DNA of 58,586 nucleotides from a virus (taxonomy: Duplodnaviria; Caudoviricetes): positions 1-58,586 of the IMG/VR virus record IMGVR_UViG_3300036770_003690; one strand, written 5' to 3'. Below the pieces are notes generated by a model. The model was given only the letters and a program-made list of their open reading frames with translations, was not told the DNA's origin and did not search any database. This document shows positions 10,676-19,600 of the stretch, one piece after another. The position numbers were made by a program, and so were the translations under genes. Within the stretch, counting starts at the first letter, position 1. Every line of letters starts with the position of its first letter.

Positions 10676-13600
10676 TTATATCTTGTCAATACCCAAGTAT
10701 TTCTTAAGAACTTCAATTTGTATTTGCTGCTCCTTTACAGCTTCTATAAGAACTGCTATGATACCATTGTAATTAACTGTCTTTGTATTATTTTCGGTAA
10801 CTAATTCAGGTAGAACTTGTTCAATTTCTTGAGCAATAACTCCTAAAGATGGATTATTATTATCTTTCCATCTGAATTTGACACCATTAATATTTTCAAT
10901 TATTTCAATTGCATTTTCAATCTTGTTAATATCTTTTTTCTGAGTTATATCAGATAGTGAATTGAATATAGTCGCAGATAAAGTTCCAGAGGAAGGATTA
11001 TATTCAAGTTTTGTAGATGATGTATTAACAGCAGTAATTGTTCCGGAAGTTTGATCACCAAAAAGAACATATCGAGTTGAGTTTGTAGAAGTGTCATTTG
11101 TTACATTAATTGCTGATCCAGTTCCAGCAGCACCTTGATTTCCTTGATTACTTAAACCTTGGAGACCCTGAGCACCTTGTCTTCCTTGGGCACCCTGAGC
11201 ACCTTGTCTTCCTTGGTTACCTTGGTTACCTTGAAGACCTTGAGCACCTTGTCTTCCTTGGTTACCTTGGTTACCTTGAAGACCCTGATTGCCTTGGAGA
11301 CCTTGATTACCCTGACTTCCTATACCTTGGTTACCTTGTACTCCTTGATTACCTTGATTTCCTTGAAGACCTTGATTTCCTTGTCTTCCTTGAGCACCCT
11401 GAGCACCTTGTCTTCCTTGGTTACCTTGGTTACCTTGAAGACCCTGATTGCCCTGAAGACCCTGATTGCCCTGACTTCCTATACCTTGGTTACCTTGTAC
11501 TCCTTGATTACCTTGATTTCCTTGATTACCTTGTACTCCTTGATTCCCTTGACTTCCTATACCCTGACTACCTTGCAATCCTTGATTACCTTGATTTCCT
11601 TGAAGACCTTGATTTCCTTGTCTTCCTTGGGAACCCTGAGCACCTTGTCTTCCTTGGTTACCTTGATTTCCTTGTAATCCTTGGTTACCTTGATTTCCTT
11701 GATTACCTTGGAGACCTTGATTTCCTTGATTACCTTGGAGACCTTGATTTCCTTGATTACCTTGGAGACCTTGATTTCCTTGATTTCCTTGATTGCCTTG
11801 TAAACCTTGATTACCTTGAACACCTTGATTACTTAATCCTTGGTTTCCTTGTCTTCCTTGGGCACCCTGAGCACCTTGTCTTCCTTGGTTACCTTGATTT
11901 CCTTGTAATCCTTGGTTACCTTGATTTCCTTGATTACCTTGGAGACCTTGATTTCCTTGGATACCTTGGTTACCTTGATTTCCTTGATTTCCTTGGAGAC
12001 CTTGATTTCCTTGATTACCTTGGATACCTTGGTTACCTTGATTTCCTTGATTTCCTTGGAGACCTTGATTTCCTTGATTACCTTGGAGACCTTGGTTACC
12101 CTGATTTCCTTGATTACCTTGAACACCTTGATTACTTAATCCTTGGTTTCCTTGGACCCCCTGGTTACCTTGTCTTCCTTGTGTTCCCTGAAGACCCTGA
12201 TTACCTTGTCTTCCTTGTAATCCCTGAAGACCTTGGTTTCCTTGGTTACCTTGTAATCCTTGATTGCCTTGGTTACCTTGATTTCCTTGGAGTCCTTGAT
12301 TACCTTGGAGTCCTTGATTTCCTTGGTTACCTTGGAGTCCTTGATTTCCTTGGTTACCTTGGAGTCCTTGATTTCCTTGATTACCTTGTAAACCTTGGTT
12401 ACCTTGATTACCTTGGAGACCTTGAACTCCAGACTTAGTAAATGTAATTGCTAACTCAAGATTATTTGCTGGAAGTGTTCCTGAAATATGAGTTACTGGA
12501 ATCTTGTAATACCCTGCTGCTACCGTAACTGTTCCAGTTACCCTAAAGACATTAACTGTATTTTGAGAACTGTTAGCAGAAGTTATGTATAAGTAACCTC
12601 TATCACTAAAAATAGTATCATCCCAAGTATCATACCAACCAGTTTGAGTATTTCCAAGTGAATCTAAGTTGTCAATATAAATTTGTGTTACAGATCCAAT
12701 AGTCGCATTATTATATCTTAAGACTCCATTTCCTGGATCAGCATCAGTAACTGTAGTTGAGAATGTATAAGGAACTCCACCACGGTTACCAATGTTTCCT
12801 TGGAGTCCTTGTAAACCTTGTAAACCTTGATTTCCTTGGAGACCTTGGTTTCCTTGGTTACCTTGTAAACCTTGATTACCTTGATTACCTTGGTTGCCTT
12901 GTAGACCTTGATTACCTTGTCTTCCTTGGAGACCTTGGAGACCCTGATTTCCTTGGTTACCTTGGAGTCCTTGATTACCTTGATTACCCTGATTTCCTTG
13001 GAGACCTTGGTTACCTTGTCTTCCTTGGAGACCTTGGAGACCTTGATTTCCTTGGTTACCTTGTAATCCTTGATTTCCTTGGAGACCTTGATTACCTTGA
13101 ACACCTTGAGTTCCTGATAAGGAATAACTTAAGAAAACTCCTTCACCATTTGTTAAACTTCCATTTGAACTTATTAATGAAATTTGAAGACTTGACCATC
13201 CAGCACTACCTGAAGATTGAGTAGTTATATTTTGTAGTTCATATAATCCATATCTTGAGGGATCACCTGTTGCTTGTAACTTAATTAGACCTCTCTTATT
13301 AGGAGATCCATAAGTTTGTAGTAAACTGTAAAGTGTGGATAGGTCAGTTAGATAACGATCTTGGTGATCGACAAAAATTTGTGTAGCAGTACTTAATGAT
13401 CCATTAAGTCTTAAAAATGTGCTTCCTGGATCTGCTTGTGTTGTAGTTGAAGAATAGAAATATTCAAGAGTATTTTCAGCATTAATTCCAGTTATACCTT
13501 GATTACCTTGATTACCTTGTAATCCTTGATTTCCTTGTCTTCCTTGTGTTCCTTGTAATCCCTGGTTTCCTTGGTTACCTTGGAGACCTTGATTTCCTTG

Positions 13601-16600
13601 ATTGCCTTGTAACCCTTGATTACCTTGGAGACCTTGATTTCCTTGATTACCTTGAAGTCCCTGATTTCCTTGATTACCTTGTAAACCTTGGTTACCTTGT
13701 CTTCCTTGGGTTCCTTGTAATCCTTGATTACCTTGATTGCCTTGTAACCCTTGATTACCTTGGAGACCTTGATTTCCTTGATTACCTTGGAGTCCTTGAT
13801 TTCCTTGGTTACCTTGTAAACCTTGGTTACCTTGTCTTCCTTGGGTTCCTTGTAATCCTTGATTACCTTGATTACCTTGTAGACCTTGATTACCCTGTAA
13901 ACCTTGATTTCCTTGGTTACCTTGGAGTCCTTGATTTCCTTGGTTACCTTGTACTCCCTGAACTCCAGATTTAGTAAATGTAATTGCTAACTCAAGATTA
14001 TTTGCTGGAAGTGTTCCTGAAATATGAGTTACTGGAATTCTATAATATCCTGTTGCTGCTGTTACTGAACCTGTAATTTGGAATACGTTTACTGTATTTT
14101 GAGAACTGTTAGCAGAAGTAATATACAAATATCCTCTGTTACTAAAAACAGTATCATCCCAAGTATCATACCAACCAGTTTGATTGTTACCTAAAGAATC
14201 AATATTATCAATATAAATCTGAGTTACAGATCCAATAGTCGCATTATTATATCTTAAGACTCCATTTCCTGGATCAGCATCAGTAACTGTAGTTGAGAAT
14301 GTATAAGGAACTCCACCACGGTTGCCAATGTTTCCTTGGAGACCCTGTAGACCTTGGTTTCCTTGGAGACCTTGGTTTCCTTGGTTACCTTGTAAACCTT
14401 GATTACCTTGATTACCTTGATTACCTTGTAATCCTTGATTACCTTGGAGACCTTGATTTCCTTGCCTTCCTTGATTTCCTTGGAGACCCTGATTACCTTG
14501 ATTACCTTGTAAACCTTGATTGCCTTGGTTACCTTGGTTACCTTGTAAACCTTGATTACCTTGTCTTCCTTGGGTTCCTTGTAATCCCTGATTACCTTGA
14601 TTACCTTGTAGACCTTGATTGCCCTGTAAACCTTGGTTTCCTTGATTGCCTTGAAGACCTTGGTTTCCTTGGTTACCTTGATTGCCCTGTAATCCTTGGT
14701 TACCTTGATTACCCTGTAATCCTTGGTTACCTTGATTACCTTGGAGACCTTGATTACCTTGATTACCTTGGAGACCTTGATTACCTTGGTTACCTTGGTT
14801 ACCTTGTACTCCCTGAACTCCAGATTTAGTAAATGTAATTGCTAACTCAAGATTATTTGCTGGAAGTGTCCCTGAAATATGAGTTACTGGAATTCTATAA
14901 TATCCTGTTGCTGCTGTTACTGGACCAGTAACTCTAAAGACATTAACTGTATTTTGAGAACTGTTAGCAGAAGTTATGTATAAGTAACCTCTATCTGAAA
15001 AAACAGTATCATCCCAAGTATCATACCAACCAGTTTGGGTGTTACCTAAAGAATCAAGGTTATCAATATAAATTTGTGTTACTGATGAAATAGTTGCATT
15101 ATTATATCTCAGAATACCATTTCCTGGATCAGCATCAGTAACTGTAGTTGAGAATGTATAAGGAACTCCACCACGGTTACCAATGTTTCCTTGGAGACCC
15201 TGTAGACCTTGGTTTCCTTGGAGACCTTGATTACCTTGTCTTCCTTGATTACCTTGGAGACCTTGGTTTCCTTGGTTACCTTGTAAGCCTTGATTTCCCT
15301 GATTACCTTGGAGTCCTTGATTACCTTGTAATCCTTGATTTCCTTGATTACCTTGGAGTCCTTGATTACCTTGATTACCTTGTAAACCTTGGTTACCTTG
15401 TCTTCCTTGATTACCTTGTAAACCTTGGTTTCCTTGATTGCCTTGAAGACCTTGGTTTCCCTGTCTTCCTTGGTTACCTTGGAGACCTTGATTGCCTTGT
15501 AAACCTTGATTGCCTTGATTGCCTTGGTTACCTTGTAATCCTTGGTTGCCTTGGAGGCCTTGATTACCTTGGTTTCCCTGCAATCCTTGATTGCCTTGAT
15601 TTCCTTGATTTCCCTGTAAACCTTGATTCCCTTGTAATCCTTGGTTTCCTTGATTGCCTTGGAGACCTTGGTTTCCCTGTCTTCCTTGGTTACCTTGTAA
15701 TCCTTGATTACCTTGATTGCCTTGGAGACCCTGATTACCTTGGTTACCTTGTAATCCTTGATTACCTTGATTTCCTTGGAGACCTTGATTACCTTGATTT
15801 CCTTGGAGACCCTGAACACCTTGAACCCCAGATTTTGAAAACCCTACTGTTAATAAGTTATTATTTGTAGGAATTGAACCAGAAATATAATCTACTGGTA
15901 TTACATAGTAACCAGATTGAATTGATACTACACCATTAACTCTAAAAACATTTGCAGTAGAACTTGAACTATCAGCAGAAGTTATATAAAGATACCCTCT
16001 ATCACTAAAAACAGTATCATCCCAAGTGTTATACCAACCAGTTTGATTGTTACCTAAAGAATCAAGATTATCAATATAAATTTGTGTTACAGATCCAATA
16101 GTCGCATTATTATATCTTAAGAAACCATTTCCTGGATCAGCATTAGTAGTAGAAGAACTAAAAGTGTAAGTAATTCCGCCACGATTACCAATGTTTCCTT
16201 GTAGACCTTGTAGACCTTGATTTCCTTGAAGACCTTGATTGCCCTGATTTCCCTGCAAACCTTGGTTTCCTTGATTTCCTTGGAGTCCTTGGTTTCCTTG
16301 TAATCCCTGATTACCTTGGTTTCCTTGTAATCCCTGATTACCTTGTAATCCCTGATTACCCTGTAATCCTTGGTTTCCTTGATTTCCTTGGAGTCCTTGG
16401 TTTCCTTGTCTTCCTTGATTTCCCTGTAGACCTTGGTTTCCTTGATTTCCCTGTAGACCTTGGTTTCCTTGATTACCTTGGTTACCTTGGAGTCCTTGAT
16501 TACCTTGGAGACCTTGGTTACCTTGATTACCTTGGAGACCTTGATTACCTTGATTTCCTTGGAGACCTTGATTACCTTGTAATCCTTGGTTACCTTGTCT

Positions 16601-19600
16601 TCCTTGGAGACCTTGTAATCCCTGATTTCCCTGAAGTCCTTGATTACCTTGGAGACCTTGTAATCCTTGAACTCCAGACTTTGTGAAAAATACTGTTACT
16701 TCTTGATTATTATTTGGAAGATTACCTGTCAAATAATTAACAGGAATTGTATAATAGGTTGTATTATTTCCTATAACTCCAGTTACTTCAAATACCGCAG
16801 TTACATTTGTGGAACTATCTGCAGAAGTAATGTAGATATATCCACGATTCAGTCCTACATTTAGAATGGTGTCATCCCAAGTTTCATACCAACTACCTTG
16901 ATTGATACCAAATTCATCAGTATCATCAAAATACATTTGAGTTACTGAAGAAATAGTTGCATTATTGAATCTTAATCTTCCTTGTCCTCCAGAACCTGCT
17001 GTAACTGTGGTATCAAATAAGTAAGGAATACCTCCACGATCACCAAGCATTCCTTGGAGACCTTGATTTCCTTGTAGACCTTGGAGACCTTGGTTACCTT
17101 GATTACCTTGTAAACCTTGATTTCCTTGTCTTCCTTGATTTCCCTGAAGACCTTGATTACCTTGTAATCCTTGATTGCCTTGATTACCTTGATTACCTTG
17201 TAATCCCTGATTTCCTTGGAGACCTTGGTTACCTTGATTACCTTGTAAACCTTGATTTCCTTGTCTTCCTTGATTTCCCTGAAGACCTTGATTACCTTGT
17301 AATCCTTGATTGCCTTGATTACCTTGATTACCTTGTAATCCCTGATTTCCTTGGAGACCTTGGTTACCTTGATTACCTTGTAAACCTTGATTGCCTTGAT
17401 TACCTTGGTTACCTTGTAATCCCTGATTTCCTTGGAGACCTTGGTTACCTTGATTTCCTTGGAGACCTTGGTTACCTTGATTCCCCTGTAATCCTTGATT
17501 TCCTTGGAGACCCTGCAATCCTTGATTACCTTGTCTTCCTTGGAGACCTTGAAGACCTTGATTGCCTTGATTGCCCTGTAAACCTTGATTACCTTGTACG
17601 CCTTGTAAACCAGCTAAACCAAAACTTATGTAAAGTTCTTCATTATTAACAAATCCATCTCCTGCGGCAACAGCATTTCCTAATTCAAATGTGCTCCATC
17701 CAGTTTCTCCGAATACTTCTTCAGTGAGAAGAATAATTGTAAAGACATAAAAATTAGTAGGATCACCTATGGATTGAATTTTAATAAAACCTTTATTACC
17801 CGGAGATCCATATTCATTAACTAAAGTGAAAAATTCACTTAAATCAATACCATCTTTGTCTTGGTGATCAAGATATAACTCTGTTGAATTTTCAATAGTT
17901 GAATTGTTAAAACGAATAAATCCTGATCCTGGATCTGCAGATACAGTAGAAGTGCTAAACAAATATTCAAAAGTATTTCCTGCACTAACACCATCAATTC
18001 CTTGGAGACCTTGAACACCTTGTAATCCTTGATTTCCTTGGAGTCCTTGGTTACCTTGTAAACCTTGGTTACCTTGGTTGCCTTGTAGACCTTGGTTTCC
18101 TTGGAGACCCTGAAGGCCCTGATTTCCTTGGTTGCCTTGTAAACCTTGGTTTCCTTGGAGACCCTGAAGGCCCTGATTTCCTTGGTTTCCTTGTAAACCT
18201 TGGTTTCCTTGGAGACCTTGATTACCTTGGAGACCTTGATTACCCTGTAATCCTTGGTTTCCTTGGAGACCTTGATTACCTTGGAGACCTTGATTACCCT
18301 GTAATCCTTGGTTTCCTTGGAGACCCTGGAGACCCTGATTTCCTTGGTTTCCTTGTAAACCTTGATTTCCTTGGTTTCCTTGTAAACCTTGATTTCCTTG
18401 GTTGCCTTGTAAACCTTGGTTTCCTTGGTTTCCTTGGAGACCTTGATTACCTTGGAGTCCCTGGAGACCCTGATTCCCTTGGTTGCCTTGTAAACCTTGG
18501 TTTCCTTGGAGTCCCTGGAGACCCTGATTCCCTTGGTTGCCTTGTAATCCTTGGTTTCCTTGGAGACCCTGGAGACCTTGTGTTCCCTGAACACCAGATT
18601 TTGTAAAGAGTAAAGCTAATGCATCTGTATCATTTGGGAGACTTCCAGAAACATAATCAACAGGAATTCTGTGATATCCACTTTCAATTGTAATTGGAGA
18701 TTTAGTTCTAAAGATATTAATAATTGTATTTTGAACATCTGCAGATACAATATACAAATATCCTCTATCACTAAATTCAGTATCATCCCAAGTATCATAC
18801 CAAGCACCTTGGTTATTACCTAAAGAATCAAGATCATCAATATAAAGTTCAGTTACTTGTGTAATATCTGAGTTATTATATCTTATTAAACCTGGACCTG
18901 GATCTGAATTTGTAGTAATATTATCAAAATTATAAGGAACACCTCCACGATTTCCACTTGTACCTTGAAGTCCTTGCAATCCTTGATTGCCTTGAAGACC
19001 TTGTAATCCTTGATTGCCCTGTAAACCTTGGATACCTTGTAATCCTTGATTACCCTGTAAACCTTGGAGACCTTGTAATCCTTGGTTTCCTTGGAGTCCC
19101 TGGAGACCCTGATTTCCTTGATTACCTTGTAATCCTTGGTTTCCTTGGAGTCCCTGGAGACCCTGATTTCCTTGATTACCTTGTAATCCCTGATTTCCTT
19201 GGAGACCTTGATTTCCTTGTAGACCTTGGTTTCCTTGGAGACCTTGAAGACCTTGGAGACCTTGGAGACCTTGAAGTCCTTGTAAACCTTGATTGCCCTG
19301 TAAACCTTGATTGCCCTGTAAACCTTGGTTACCTTGGTTACCTTGGTTACCTTGTAATCCTTGGTTACCTTGTAATCCTTGATTGCCCTGGAGACCTTGG
19401 TTTCCTTGGTTACCTTGATTACCTTGTAATCCTTGATTGCCCTGGAGACCTTGGTTTCCTTGGTTACCTTGTAATCCTTGATTGCCCTGGAGACCTTGTA
19501 ACCCCTGGAGACCTTGTAAGCCTTGTAAACCCTGATTACCTTGGTTGCCTTGTAAACCTTGTAACCCCTGGAGACCTTGTAAACCTTGTAAACCTTGTAA

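Noticed and set aside
2753-10772. Short antisense or nested ORFs within the GT/MTase genes
   Set aside because: Overlap well-supported genes and carry no recognisable motifs
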